A stretch of 64,000 nucleotides of DNA from contig CAWIBO010000002.1 of assembly GCA_963834385.1 (NCBI GenBank), positions 1,216,001 through 1,280,000 on the forward strand, written 5' to 3'. Within the stretch, counting starts at the first letter, position 1. Every line of letters begins with the position of its first letter. The position numbers and the translations under genes were made by a program. Positions 29,729 through 40,084 of this stretch are shown piece after piece. Below the pieces are notes generated by a model. That model saw only the letters and a list, made by a program, of their open reading frames with translations. It ran no database searches and had not been told where the DNA came from. The DNA is from an uncultured Verrucomicrobiae bacterium. GTDB lineage: Bacteria > Verrucomicrobiota > Verrucomicrobiia > Chthoniobacterales > UBA10450.

Positions 29729-31622
29729 AAACAAACCTGTCCTGGCCGGCATTCAATCGCCGGCTGACGTGAAGAAGCTGGAGGAAAACCAGCTGCCCCA
29801 GCTTGCCCAGGAGGTCAGGGAAACGCTCATTGAAGTCCTTTCCCAGACCGGGGGTCATCTCGGCCCCAACCTGGGCGTGGTCGAGCTGACCATTGCCATG
29901 CACCGTGTTTTTTCGACGCCAAAAGACCGCTTTGTCTTTGATGTCAGCCACCAGGGCTACGTGCACAAGATGCTCACCGGGCGGCTTGATCGCATTGGAA
30001 CCATGCGGCAATACCAGGGCCTGAACGGGTTCCTTCTCCGGACGGAGAGCGAGCACGATTGCTACGGGGCCGGGCATGCCGGCACCGCCATCTCGGCCGG
30101 GCTGGGCATGGCGGTCGGACGCGACCTGCGCGGCGGCGACGAGCACGTCGTGGTCGTGGCGGGCGACGCGGCCCTGACCTGCGGCATCAGCTACGAGGCG
30201 TTGAACAACGCGAAGTCACAGACCAAGCGTTTCATCGTCGTCCTGAACGACAACGAGTGGTCGATCGCCAAGAACGTTGGCGCCATCGCCTCCTACCTGA
30301 ACAACATCGCGACCAGTCCCACCTTTGCCCATCTGCACGACAAGGCACGCTCCTTCATCGAGACGGTGGCGGGCCGGGCCGCGGCCGAGTTCGCCCACAA
30401 AGTGGAGGAGGGGATGAAGAACCTCATCGTGCCGAGCGTGATTTTCGAGGAACTGGGGCTGCGCTACTACGGCCCGATCGACGGGCACGATATCGGGTTG
30501 CTCACCCGCACCTTCGAGTTCCTGAAGACGCAGGAGGAGCCGGTCCTGCTGCACATTCTGACCAAGAAAGGCAAAGGCTACGAGCCCGCCCTGGCCAAGC
30601 CGGACAAGTTCCATGGGCTCGGCAAATACAAGGTCGAGAGCGGCGAGACCGCGCCCGCGCCGACGCCGACCTACTCCGAGATCATCGGGACGACGCTTTC
30701 AAAGTTTGCCGACTCGAACAAGAACATCGTGGGAATCACCGCGGCCATGCCGAGCGGCACCGGGCTGGGCCTGTTCCAGGCGCGGCATCCGGAGCGGTAT
30801 TTCGACGTGGGCATTGCCGAGGAACACGCGGCTCTTTTTGCCTGCGGCCTGGCCACACAGGGCTTGAAGCCGTTCCTGACCATTTATTCCACCTTCATGC
30901 AGCGGGCTTACGACATGATCATCCACGACATGGCGTTGCAGAGCCTGAACGTGGCCCTGTGCATGGACCGGGCCGGCCTGAGCGGCGATGACGGTCCGAC
31001 GCACCACGGTCTTTTCGACATCGGCTACCTGCGGCACGTGCCGAACATCGTGCACATGCAACCGAAGGACGAAGAAGAGTTCGTGGACATGCTCTGGACC
31101 ATGGCCAATTACACGGCCGGGCCGATCGCGATCCGCTATCCCCGCGGCGCCGGCACCGGGGCCAAGCCGAAGGAGACCCCGAAGCTGCTCGAGATTGGCA
31201 AGGCCGAGGTGGTGCAGCACGGGCGGGAAGTGGCCATCTTCGGCCTGGGCAACATGTTCGAGGTGGCGGTGGAAGCTGCGCGCAAGCTGGAGGCCCAGGG
31301 CATCTCGGTCGCGCTGGTCAACCCTCGCTGGATCAAGCCGATCGACGTCGGCACCCTGGAGTTCTTTGCCCGGAGCGTGGAAGTGGTCTGCACGATCGAA
31401 GACCACGTGCTCCACAATGGTTTCGGGTGCGCGGTCATGGAGCATTTGCACAGCCAGATGATCAACACCCCGGTGGTGCGGGTTGGCTGGCCCGACCAGT
31501 TCGTCGAGCACGGCACCATCCCAATCCTGCGTCAGAAGCACGGCCTGACGGCCGACGCCCTGGTCGAGAAGGTCATGCCGCTCCTGCGCAAAAAGCAGGA
31601 CAAGCAGTCCAGCGCCGCCTAG
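29706..31622 (+). CDS. dxs: 1-deoxy-D-xylulose-5-phosphate synthase
   Basis: GGHLGPNLG, DVSHQ, GDAALT...NDNE, DVGIAEEHA, DRAG, DGPTHHG. Confidence 0.97.
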   Translation: MEKSDSSKNKPVLAGIQSPADVKKLEENQLPQLAQEVRETLIEVLSQTGGHLGPNLGVVELTIAMHRVFSTPKDRFVFDVSHQGYVHKMLTGRLDRIGTMRQYQGLNGFLLRTESEHDCYGAGHAGTAISAGLGMAVGRDLRGGDEHVVVVAGDAALTCGISYEALNNAKSQTKRFIVVLNDNEWSIAKNVGAIASYLNNIATSPTFAHLHDKARSFIETVAGRAAAEFAHKVEEGMKNLIVPSVIFEELGLRYYGPIDGHDIGLLTRTFEFLKTQEEPVLLHILTKKGKGYEPALAKPDKFHGLGKYKVESGETAPAPTPTYSEIIGTTLSKFADSNKNIVGITAAMPSGTGLGLFQARHPERYFDVGIAEEHAALFACGLATQGLKPFLTIYSTFMQRAYDMIIHDMALQSLNVALCMDRAGLSGDDGPTHHGLFDIGYLRHVPNIVHMQPKDEEEFVDMLWTMANYTAGPIAIRYPRGAGTGAKPKETPKLLEIGKAEVVQHGREVAIFGLGNMFEVAVEAARKLEAQGISVALVNPRWIKPIDVGTLEFFARSVEVVCTIEDHVLHNGFGCAVMEHLHSQMINTPVVRVGWPDQFVEHGTIPILRQKHGLTADALVEKVMPLLRKKQDKQSSAA

Positions 31623-31652
31623 AGCGGGCCGTTCGCGCGGCCTGACTTTTCC

Positions 31653-32663
31653 ATGAGCATGGTCGAGGCCCGCGGACTGACGAAGGTCTACCGCACCTAC
31701 CGCAAGGAAAGCGGGCTGCGCGGCGCGATCAAGGGGCTGTTCAAGCGGCGCTACGATGAGACGCGGGCGGCGGATGACGTCAGCTTTCAGATCGAGGAGG
31801 GTGAACTGGTGGGTTTCCTCGGGCCGAACGGCGCGGGGAAAACCACGGTGCTGAAGATGCTCTCGGGCCTGCTCAACCCGAGCGGTGGCGACGCGCGCGT
31901 CCTCGGTTTCGTGCCCTGGGAGCGCCGCAACGAGATGAAACGGCAATTCAGTCTGCTCATGGGCCAGAAGAACGCGCTCTGGTGGGACCTGCCCGCACAG
32001 GAATCGCTCGAGTTGAACCGCGCGATCTATGGAATTGACCGGGGCCGCTTCCGAAAGGTGGTGGGCGAACTGAGCGAGCTCCTGGAGGTGCAGGACAAGA
32101 TGAACGTCATGGTGCGGGAGCTGTCGCTCGGCGAACGGATGAAAATGGAGCTGATCTCAGCCCTGCTGCACGAGCCGCGGGTCCTCTTCCTCGATGAGCC
32201 CACCATCGGGCTCGATGTCGTGAGCCAGAAAAGAGTGCGCGAATTTCTGCGCGTCTATAACGCCGAGCATCGCATCGTCACCATGCTGACGAGCCATTAC
32301 ATGCAGGACATCGAGGAGCTTTGTCACCGCGTCATCATCATCGACCATGGCAAAATCTTCTTTGATGGACCGCTGAACTCGATCATCGACCGGTTTTCCG
32401 GCTTCAAAATTCTGAGCCTGACTTTCGAAACGCAGGAGAGCCGGGATTTTGCCGGGTTGGGCGAGGTCCTGGAACAAACGCCCGTTTCCGTCCGGCTGAA
32501 GGTGCCGCGGGCGAAGGTGACCGACACCTGCCGCCGGCTGCTGGAATCGTGCAGCGTCAGCGACATCAATGTGCAGGAACTGCCGGTGGAGGAAGTGGTG
32601 CGGCAGCTTTTCGGCACCCGTCCCCGGCCGGAGAAAACGCCCGCGGCGGCGAACGAAGCCTAA
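31653..32663 (+). CDS. ABC transporter ATP-binding protein (ABC-2 type)
   Basis: GPNGAGKTT, LSLGERMK, LFLDEPT. No adjacent permease. Confidence 0.9.
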   Translation: MSMVEARGLTKVYRTYRKESGLRGAIKGLFKRRYDETRAADDVSFQIEEGELVGFLGPNGAGKTTVLKMLSGLLNPSGGDARVLGFVPWERRNEMKRQFSLLMGQKNALWWDLPAQESLELNRAIYGIDRGRFRKVVGELSELLEVQDKMNVMVRELSLGERMKMELISALLHEPRVLFLDEPTIGLDVVSQKRVREFLRVYNAEHRIVTMLTSHYMQDIEELCHRVIIIDHGKIFFDGPLNSIIDRFSGFKILSLTFETQESRDFAGLGEVLEQTPVSVRLKVPRAKVTDTCRRLLESCSVSDINVQELPVEEVVRQLFGTRPRPEKTPAAANEA

Positions 32664-32926
32664 CGGCGCGTGAGAGCGCGGCGCAAGCTGCTGGTGTAGG
32701 AGGCGTTGACCTCAAAGGCGGTCACGGGCAGCTGGGCCATCTCAATCTGGTCAGCAAAGGGGACGCTTTCGACAAACCCGGCCGACATGAGCGAGTTCAG
32801 AGTGTCGGTGACATCATCCGGCTCCATCAGGGTCTGGTCCTGGATATCCGCCCCGAGCACGCTTTCGCCGAAACCGATCGCGCGCACGACGGAAGCCTCG
32901 CGCCCGCTGAGTCTGATTTGCCGCAT
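32660..32926 (-). CDS. Small hypothetical protein, winged-helix-like
   Basis: LSGREASVVRAI...DVTDTLNSLMSAGFVES pattern. Extended -10 TG-c-TAAAAT 6 nt upstream of the ATG. Confidence 0.6.
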   Translation of the reverse strand: MRQIRLSGREASVVRAIGFGESVLGADIQDQTLMEPDDVTDTLNSLMSAGFVESVPFADQIEMAQLPVTAFEVNASYTSSLRRALTRR

Positions 32927-32962
32927 GGATGAATTTTAGCAACTTCCATACCGGGCCCGGCC

Positions 32963-33820
32963 TCAGCCTTCCCCGGGTGGTTCGGCCAGGATGCTTTCCC
33001 GCATTGCGGTTTGAAAATCCGGAAAACGCGGCGACCAGCCGGCCGCGCGCAATTTCCGGTTGCTGACTCGCTTGTTGCTCGCGCTGCGCCGCCTGCCGGG
33101 ACTTTCCCCCGCGGGTGGTTCCGGTAGATCGAGTTCGCGCGCCAGCCAGCGCAGCGCCTCGTTCCGCGGTAACGGTTCATTATCCGCCACATTATAGATC
33201 CCCGGATTCCCGCGGCCGTCCGCAAGAAGAAACCAGATCGCTGCCGCAATGTCGTCCCGATGAACCTGGTTGAGGAAACGGTCAGGCCCGGGATCAAGGC
33301 GGGCTTCGCCACGGCGCAGGCTGGCGAGCATGTGGGACCGCCCCGGGCCGTAGATTCCGGCAAGACGGGCGACATAGCCCCCCTGCCGGAGAACAACCTC
33401 CTCGGCCGCCCGGAGGATGCGGGCTTTTTCGCCGGCCGGTTCCGCGGGGCTTTCCTCCGTCACCCAACTGCCATCGGCCTGGCCGTAGACGCTGGTGCTG
33501 CTGGTGAAGAGGATCGGCCGCTGCGGGAATGCCCGTGCCAGGTTTTCACAACCCCGAAGATAAACGTCGCGATATTCCGCTGGTTCGCCGCCCTTGGTGC
33601 TGGCGCAGTGGATGACCGCGTCGACCGTTGACGGTGCCGCCTTTTGCACCTCGGCGGCGTCCGCCAGGTTCACTGCGGCAGCCTCCCCCAGCTCATGGCG
33701 GAGCCGGTCGGCTGACTCGGCGGTGGCGGTCCAGCCGAGAACTTCCCAGCCGTGCTCGCGAAAAAGGCGGGCCGTGGCCAGGCCAACATACCCGCAACCG
33801 GCCACGAGCAGGCGCGACAT
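32963..33820 (-). CDS. NAD-dependent epimerase/atypical SDR (YeeZ-like)
   Basis: GCGYVG, FTSSTSVYG, RLAGIYGPGR, VHRDDIA. Confidence 0.85.
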   Translation of the reverse strand: MSRLLVAGCGYVGLATARLFREHGWEVLGWTATAESADRLRHELGEAAAVNLADAAEVQKAAPSTVDAVIHCASTKGGEPAEYRDVYLRGCENLARAFPQRPILFTSSTSVYGQADGSWVTEESPAEPAGEKARILRAAEEVVLRQGGYVARLAGIYGPGRSHMLASLRRGEARLDPGPDRFLNQVHRDDIAAAIWFLLADGRGNPGIYNVADNEPLPRNEALRWLARELDLPEPPAGESPGRRRSASNKRVSNRKLRAAGWSPRFPDFQTAMRESILAEPPGEG

Positions 33821-34546
33821 CTAACGGGCGACGGCGCCGATCTCGATCTCGGCGAAGGGATCGGCTTGATGCGCGCGGACCTGCTTGAGCCGGATGAGCT
33901 CGAGGAGGGCGAGGAAAGTGACCACGATCTCAACGCGGGAAGCCAGCCCGGCAAAAAGCTCGGAAAAACGCAGGTGTCCGCCGCCTTCGAGGCGCCGGAC
34001 GATCAGATCGATCTTATCCGAGACGGAGAAATTCTCCCCGAAGATCTCCTGCAGGTTCTCGCGGGCCTCGACTCGCTTGACCACGTTCTGGAAGGCGTTG
34101 ATCAACTGGAAAATGCCGACTTCGCCGAGGAGCAGGGGGGTTTCCATCGGCGGGCGGACATCGCCGGCGCGGGCGAAGGTCAGCTCCTGCCGGAGGCCGC
34201 GTTGCTGCAGTTCCGCGGCCGCTTCCTTGAATTTCTTGTACTCGATCAACTGCCGGATCAGCTCCCAGCGCGGATCGTCCTCCTCCGCATCCTCCTCGGG
34301 CGGCTGCTGGTCGACCGGGAGGAGGCTGCGGCTCTTCAGGTAGATCAGGGTCGCGGCCATGACGACGAACTCGCCCGCGATGTCGATGTTCAGTTCCTTG
34401 AAGGCCTGCAAGTATTCAAGGTACTGTCGGGTGATGCGTTCAAGCGAGATGTCGTAGATATCAAGCTCGTCCCGTTTGATCAGGTAGAGCAGGAGATCGA
34501 GCGGCCCCTCGAAAATATCCAGCCGCACTTTGTAATCTGTTTCCAT
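33821..34546 (-). CDS. scpA: Segregation and condensation protein A (kleisin)
   Basis: FEGPLDLLLYLI, EFVVMAATLIYLKSRSLLP, VVTFLALLEL. Confidence 0.95.
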   Translation of the reverse strand: METDYKVRLDIFEGPLDLLLYLIKRDELDIYDISLERITRQYLEYLQAFKELNIDIAGEFVVMAATLIYLKSRSLLPVDQQPPEEDAEEDDPRWELIRQLIEYKKFKEAAAELQQRGLRQELTFARAGDVRPPMETPLLLGEVGIFQLINAFQNVVKRVEARENLQEIFGENFSVSDKIDLIVRRLEGGGHLRFSELFAGLASRVEIVVTFLALLELIRLKQVRAHQADPFAEIEIGAVAR

Positions 34547-34603
34547 GAAGTCGGCCGCACGTTAGCCCTGCCGGTGCGCGATGAAAAGGAACCGGTTTAC
34601 CCC

Positions 34604-35719
34604 TCAGGGCCGGCCTGTTTTCCGGTGGACCCAGACGCTGTTGACGATGCCGAGGCCAAACATGATGACCAGGACAAAGGAGCCGCTGTAGCTGATCAGC
34701 GGCAGGGGCACGCCCGTGATCGGGAGCAAGGCGATGGTCATGCCGACGTTCTGGAAGATGTGCGTGAAAATGAGGCCGCTGACGCCCACGACCAGGAGCA
34801 TGCCAAATTGGTCCGCGGCACAAAAAGCCACAAAGAGACACGTGAGCAGAAGGAGGGCGAAGGCGGCCACGAGGAAGGTGCCGCCGACAAAACCCCATTG
34901 CTCGGCGATGGCCGAGAAAATGTAATCGTTGTGCACCGCGGTGGAGGGAAGAAAGCCCAGCTCGACCTGAGTATTGGGCGCCTTGAAGCCTTTCCCTTCC
35001 CACCCGCCCGAGCCGATCGCGATGAGGGATTGCCGGATGGCCCAGGCTGAGCCCTGCGGATCGATCTCCGGGTTCCAGAACGCGGTAATACGGTCCTGTT
35101 GATACGGTTTAAGGACAAAGAAGAAGGCGAGCGGCAGGACGGCCACCACGATCAGGATGACCGACATGAGGTAGCGGAAGGGAATGCCCGCGACGAAGAG
35201 CATGGCGAGCATGACCGGTCCCCAGATGATGGTTTCGCCGAGGTCGGGCTGCATCAGGATAAGGAGGCAGGGGGCGCCGGCGATGGCGCCGCTGAGAGCC
35301 AGCCGCAGCATGGGATGCATCTGGCGGAACTGGCTCAGGAAAAGCGCCAGGACCATGATGCCCGCGATGACGGCGAGCTGGGCCGGCTGGAAATTGATCG
35401 GGCCGAGCTGGAGCCAGCTGCGCGCGCCGTAGACCTTGGTCCCGATGAACCGGGTCAGGATCAGGAAAACAAGGCTGGCGAAGTACATCGGGAGGGCGCC
35501 CCACTTGATCCAGCGGTAATCGACCAGACTGGCGACCATGAAGGCCACTACGCCGACCGCGACCCAGTTGGCCTGTTTGCGCCAGAATTCGGACGAAACC
35601 GGGTCGTCCCGCATATAGGTGGCGCTGTAAATGGCAATCACGCCAAAGATGGCCAGCGCCAGCATGTTGGCGAAAAGCAGCCAGTTCAGGCCGATTAATT
35701 TGCGGAGAAAGGGGGTCAC
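34604..35719 (-). CDS. rodA: SEDS peptidoglycan glycosyltransferase RodA
   Basis: GARSW, FQP, QPDLG, QSLIAIGSGG, HNDYIFS, PITGVPLPLISYSGS. Confidence 0.9.
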   Translation of the reverse strand: MTPFLRKLIGLNWLLFANMLALAIFGVIAIYSATYMRDDPVSSEFWRKQANWVAVGVVAFMVASLVDYRWIKWGALPMYFASLVFLILTRFIGTKVYGARSWLQLGPINFQPAQLAVIAGIMVLALFLSQFRQMHPMLRLALSGAIAGAPCLLILMQPDLGETIIWGPVMLAMLFVAGIPFRYLMSVILIVVAVLPLAFFFVLKPYQQDRITAFWNPEIDPQGSAWAIRQSLIAIGSGGWEGKGFKAPNTQVELGFLPSTAVHNDYIFSAIAEQWGFVGGTFLVAAFALLLLTCLFVAFCAADQFGMLLVVGVSGLIFTHIFQNVGMTIALLPITGVPLPLISYSGSFVLVIMFGLGIVNSVWVHRKTGRP

Positions 35720-35836
35720 AGGTGAAAGGGGAACCGGGTGACCGCGATTATAGCCGCGACGGTAGCGCCCGCAAATCAGAGCCGGCGCCGCTCCCGGCCT
35801 GGCCCCCCGGTGCGGGGCGCGTGACCGGAATGACCG

Positions 35837-35865
35837 TCGACAAAAAATTGGCGTTGCGATACTCT
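35837..35865 (+). promoter_or_regulatory. sigma70 promoter, leaderless configuration
   Basis: TCGACA-17-TACTCT, 6 nt before ATG 35872. Confidence 0.6.
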
Positions 35866-35871
35866 CGACTC

Positions 35872-36711
35872 ATGCGGCTTTCCGGACGCAAGCCCTCCTC
35901 CTTTACCCGCCGGTGGACGCAGCCGCAGCGGTTTGCCCTGCTTGGGCTGATCGGGATCAACGTGGCCGTCTCGCTGGCCCAGTTGCTTCTGCAGGGATAC
36001 GACCCGTCCATCGTCCGGGAATACCTGGCCCTCAGCGACCAGGGCCTGAAGGCGGCCTACGGCTGGCAGTTTCTCTCCGCCATGTTTCTGCATTCCGGCC
36101 CGTGGCATCTCATCGGGAACATGCTCATTTTCTATCTCCTCGGCCGGGACGTGGAATTGATCATCGGCCAGCGCCATTTTCTCTTCCTTTATCTTTTGGG
36201 GGCTGTCGGCGGCGAACTGAGCCACCTGTTTCTGATGCCGTCGCACACCATCCTGCTGGCGGCTTCCGGCGGCGTCGCGGCCGTCGTCATTTCCTACGCC
36301 ACCATCCTCCCGGAACTGGAGCTGGCCGTGCTCCCGTTCCCCTCGCGGACTTTCCGGCTCAAGGCGAAGTATCTCGCCTTTGCCCTCGTCGCCCTCGCTC
36401 TGATCCTCGTGGTGACCGACCGCAGCGGCACTGTCAGTCACAGTGCCTATCTCGGCGGCTGCGCGGTGGGCTGGATCTACACGCACCTGCTCGGGTTTGG
36501 ACGGCCCTCCTATTTCCAGCGCGCCCGCCAGCAACGACGGTTCGAGACGGAACGGATCGAGCGCATGAGCCCCGGGCAGTTTCTCGCCGAGGAAATCGAT
36601 CCCCTGCTCGACAAGATCTCGCGCGAGGGGATAAACAGCCTGACGCGGGCGGAGAGAAAGAAACTGGCTGAAGCCAGCGCCCGCCTGGAGAAAGATCCGG
36701 GTACGGCCTAG
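35872..36711 (+). CDS. Rhomboid family intramembrane serine protease
   Basis: WQFLSAMFLH, HLIGNM, AASG, HSAYLGG (catalytic His position apparently Tyr). C-terminal EIDPLLDKISREGINSLT domain. Confidence 0.8.
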   Translation: MRLSGRKPSSFTRRWTQPQRFALLGLIGINVAVSLAQLLLQGYDPSIVREYLALSDQGLKAAYGWQFLSAMFLHSGPWHLIGNMLIFYLLGRDVELIIGQRHFLFLYLLGAVGGELSHLFLMPSHTILLAASGGVAAVVISYATILPELELAVLPFPSRTFRLKAKYLAFALVALALILVVTDRSGTVSHSAYLGGCAVGWIYTHLLGFGRPSYFQRARQQRRFETERIERMSPGQFLAEEIDPLLDKISREGINSLTRAERKKLAEASARLEKDPGTA

Positions 36712-36785
36712 AGGGGCGCAGGCCCCCGGACCGCGACGCCTGGCGCTGGCATGACCGGCTTCCCGGGTTCACCTTGCACATACGC

Positions 36786-39524
36786 ATGGCGAAACACTGG
36801 GCGACAGAAAAGGCGCGGCTGACGCTGAACCCGCCCCGGGTCGAAAGCGCGCTGCGTCGTTTGCAGGAAATCTGGCCGGCGGAGGAAAAACCCCTGCCGG
36901 AAGTGATGGAGGCGTTTCCGCTCGGTGAAAACGCCCTGCTGCATCTCCTCGCCGTCTCGAGCATTTGCGCCACGCGTCTCCTGCAGACGCCCGACATGCT
37001 GCTCTGGCTTTCCCAGCCGCACATTTGTGATGCCGATCGCGGCCCGCGCCGGATGCGGGCCGATCTCGATGCCTTTGCCGGGACCGACGTCGCGGGCAAC
37101 AATTTTCGGGCGCTCCGGATCTGGAAAGGCCGTGAGATCACGCGGATCGCGCTGCGCGAAGTGGCGGAAAAGGCGTCGCTCGAGGAAACGATGCTGGAGT
37201 TGTCCCACCTCGCGGATATCTGTCTCGAGACGGTGCATCATCATTGGGATGCGGAACTCCGCCGCCGCTCCGGTTCTCCTTCGACCGGTCTGGCCATCGT
37301 TGCCCTTGGAAAACTGGGCGCGCGCGAGCTGAACCACAGCTCCGACGTCGACGTCATGTTCATCTATGGGGAGGAAGGGGCGCACGGCGCGGCCTCCACC
37401 CACCACGAGTGGTGCAACCGGCTGGCGGCGAAAATCGCCCAGACGTTTTCCGCCAGCGACCCGGCCGGCGCGCTTTTCCGGATCGACCTGCGTTTGCGCC
37501 CGGAGGGGACCCATGGGCCGCTGGCGCGCTCCCTTGAGAGCATGGAAAATTATTACGCCGGGTTTGGGGAGAGCTGGGAACGGCTCATGTTGATGAAGGC
37601 GCGCGGCGTCTGCGGCAACCGCGAGGTGGCGTATGAGTTCATCCACCAGCACCAGCCTTTCATTTATCCGCGCAGCCCGACCCCGGACCTGCTCGATGAG
37701 GTGGCGGGGATCAAACGGCGCATCGAGCGCGACGTGGTGGGCCACGAAGACCTTGAACGCAACGTCAAGCTGGGCGCGGGCGGTATCCGGGAGATCGAGT
37801 TCGTGGTGCAGGCGCTGCAACTTTTGCATGGCGCGCGCAATGCCTTCCTCCAGGAAACCAGCACGCTTAAGGCGCTGGCGGCCCTGCGCGAACTGGAACT
37901 TCTCCCGCCGGCGGACGTGCAGGCGCTCGACGGCGCCTACCGGTTCCTCCGCACGGTCGAACACCGTCTCCAGATTGAGGCGGAACAACAAACCCACACC
38001 CTTCCTTCCGAGCCGGAGGCGCTGGGGCGGGTTGCCTTGAGCCTCGGGTTCCCAGGGGTTGACCAGTTTCGCGAAGAGCTCGCCCGCTACACCCAGGGTG
38101 TGCGCCAGGTGTTCCAGCGGGTGGTCAGCGTTCGCTCCACCGATTCCAGCCGGTCCCCTCCGCTTTCCGCCATCTTCCGGGATGAGGCCCGGGCGGCGCG
38201 CGCTCTGGCCGATTTGGCCCAGGCGCAGGGATCCTTCCACGTGGCGCCGCGGACCCAGCAGGTGTTTCGGCGGCTGCAGCCGCTTTTGCTCGCCCAACTT
38301 TCCGGCACAGGCGACCCGGACATGGCGCTGACCCAACTGCTGCGCTTTGTCGAGGCCTATGGGATGCGCAGCATGCTCTTCGAGCTGCTCGTGAGCAACC
38401 CGCGCCTGCTGGAACTGCTGGTCAGGACGTTCGACGCCAGCCGGTTTGCCGGCGATCTCCTGATTCGCCGTCCGCAATTGCTGGAGGAGATCACGCGGCG
38501 GAGCGACTTCAACCGAACGCCCAGCGTGGCGGAGCACCTGGCCCAGCTGCGTGGATCGCCGGAAATCGAGGCCGTTCGCTCCTATCGCCAAAGTCATTTG
38601 CTGCGCATCCTCCTGCGGGATGTCCTTGGGCTGGCCGGCATTAACGAAGTGGCGCGTGAGCACGCCAACCTCGCGGAGGCCTGCCTGATCGTCACCCATC
38701 TCCAGGCCACGACGGAGCGGGACGTGACCGTGATTGCGCTCGGAAAATTCGGCGGAGGCGAGCTCAGCTACGGGAGCGATTTGGATGTGGTTTTTGTCGG
38801 GACAGATTCACGCCCGGCCCGGGCGCTTGTTGCCACCATGGGATTGAAAACGGCGGAAGGCGCGCTGGGCGTGCTCGACTCGCGGCTGCGTCCGGATGGC
38901 GAGAAAGGGCCGTTGGTGGTGCCTTTGGAGGGTTTTGTGGCCTACTACGAAGGCCGGGCGCAATTCTGGGAACTGCAAACGCTCACCCGCGCCCGGGCCA
39001 TTGCCGGTCCGGCGGGAGACGACTTTATCGCCGCGGCGCAGGCGGCCTGGCGCCGGGCGGGGCGTCTCCCCGGCATCGAGGAAAAGATCGGCGACATGCT
39101 CGGCCGCATCCAGCGCGACCGGAGCCGCGGGAACCCGCAGCTTGATTTCAAGACCGGGGCCGGCGGGATCGTGGAGGCGGAGTTTCTTGTCCAGCTCCTG
39201 CAAATGCGGCACGACGTCTGGGAACCGAACTGGTCGCGCGCACTCGGTCTGCTCGTTGACCGGGAGATTGTGCCGGAAACGGAAGCCGCCGCTTTGCGGG
39301 GCGGATACGAATTGCTGCGCCGGATTGAATCAGCGCTGCGGCGCTGGGAGAACACCGGTGTTTCCATCCTGCCGGCCGATGAATTTGGCCAGTTTCGGCT
39401 GGCCCGCTGGCTTGGGTTTGAAAGCGCCGCCAGCTTTTGGGGCGCCTATGCCGCGGCGCGCGAGACGATTCACGCGCTTTACGGCCGCCTTACCAGCCGG
39501 GAAGCGACTGCGCCATCGCGTTGA
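36786..39524 (+). CDS. glnE: Glutamine synthetase adenylyltransferase/deadenylylase
   Basis: Two NT domains: LGKLGARELNHSSDVD/DLRLRPEG and LGKFGGGELSYGSDLD/DSRLRPDG; also NVKLGAGGIREIEF. Confidence 0.93.
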   Translation: MAKHWATEKARLTLNPPRVESALRRLQEIWPAEEKPLPEVMEAFPLGENALLHLLAVSSICATRLLQTPDMLLWLSQPHICDADRGPRRMRADLDAFAGTDVAGNNFRALRIWKGREITRIALREVAEKASLEETMLELSHLADICLETVHHHWDAELRRRSGSPSTGLAIVALGKLGARELNHSSDVDVMFIYGEEGAHGAASTHHEWCNRLAAKIAQTFSASDPAGALFRIDLRLRPEGTHGPLARSLESMENYYAGFGESWERLMLMKARGVCGNREVAYEFIHQHQPFIYPRSPTPDLLDEVAGIKRRIERDVVGHEDLERNVKLGAGGIREIEFVVQALQLLHGARNAFLQETSTLKALAALRELELLPPADVQALDGAYRFLRTVEHRLQIEAEQQTHTLPSEPEALGRVALSLGFPGVDQFREELARYTQGVRQVFQRVVSVRSTDSSRSPPLSAIFRDEARAARALADLAQAQGSFHVAPRTQQVFRRLQPLLLAQLSGTGDPDMALTQLLRFVEAYGMRSMLFELLVSNPRLLELLVRTFDASRFAGDLLIRRPQLLEEITRRSDFNRTPSVAEHLAQLRGSPEIEAVRSYRQSHLLRILLRDVLGLAGINEVAREHANLAEACLIVTHLQATTERDVTVIALGKFGGGELSYGSDLDVVFVGTDSRPARALVATMGLKTAEGALGVLDSRLRPDGEKGPLVVPLEGFVAYYEGRAQFWELQTLTRARAIAGPAGDDFIAAAQAAWRRAGRLPGIEEKIGDMLGRIQRDRSRGNPQLDFKTGAGGIVEAEFLVQLLQMRHDVWEPNWSRALGLLVDREIVPETEAAALRGGYELLRRIESALRRWENTGVSILPADEFGQFRLARWLGFESAASFWGAYAAARETIHALYGRLTSREATAPSR

Positions 39525-40011
39525 GCAGAAAGATGGTCGCGGCCAGGCCGCCGATGATAACGAGACCGAGCAGCGCGATCACGCCAAAGACGAAGAGCCA
39601 GTCGCTCGTCCGCGGTTTGCGCGCCGCCGCGGTGTGTTCCTGCAGGATGCGCAGGTTGCGCGCATTTGATTTGAACCAGACGGAAAAGGCGTCGCCCGCC
39701 ACCGGGATGATGCCGATGATCTGGTTGAGCAGGATGTTGACCGACATCCGGGCGAGCAGGATTTTCGGCACGCCGGCGCGCGCGGCCTGAATCAGGGCAA
39801 AGGCCGAGACCAGGGCGGAACCGGTGTCGCCCAGGCCCGGGATCAGGCCGATGAGCGGGTCCAGGCCGACGCGGAAGCGGGTCCCGGGGATGCGCAGCAG
39901 ATCGTCCATCAGGAGGGCGATCCAGCGGAAGAGCGGTTCGGTCTGCTTCCGCGCCTCGGATTCCGGCGGGAGCACCTCCCAGTCAACGTCTTTGGCGGAA
40001 GGCGGTGGCAT
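39490..40011 (-). CDS. DUF4112 membrane protein
   Basis: LMDDLLRIPGTRFRVGLDPLIGLIPGLGD, IPVAGD...FKSNARN. Confidence 0.88.
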   Translation of the reverse strand: MPPPSAKDVDWEVLPPESEARKQTEPLFRWIALLMDDLLRIPGTRFRVGLDPLIGLIPGLGDTGSALVSAFALIQAARAGVPKILLARMSVNILLNQIIGIIPVAGDAFSVWFKSNARNLRILQEHTAAARKPRTSDWLFVFGVIALLGLVIIGGLAATIFLLNAMAQSLPGW

Positions 40012-40084
40012 GGAGAAAAGTTGGCGGCGCCGGGCGATTTGTCCGCCCCCATTTCGCGAAAGCGAAGGCGGCGGTTCGGTCCGG

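Noticed and set aside
29414..31622. xseB-dxs lacking the usual intervening ispA
   Set aside because: Ordinary gene-order variation; ispA is probably elsewhere.
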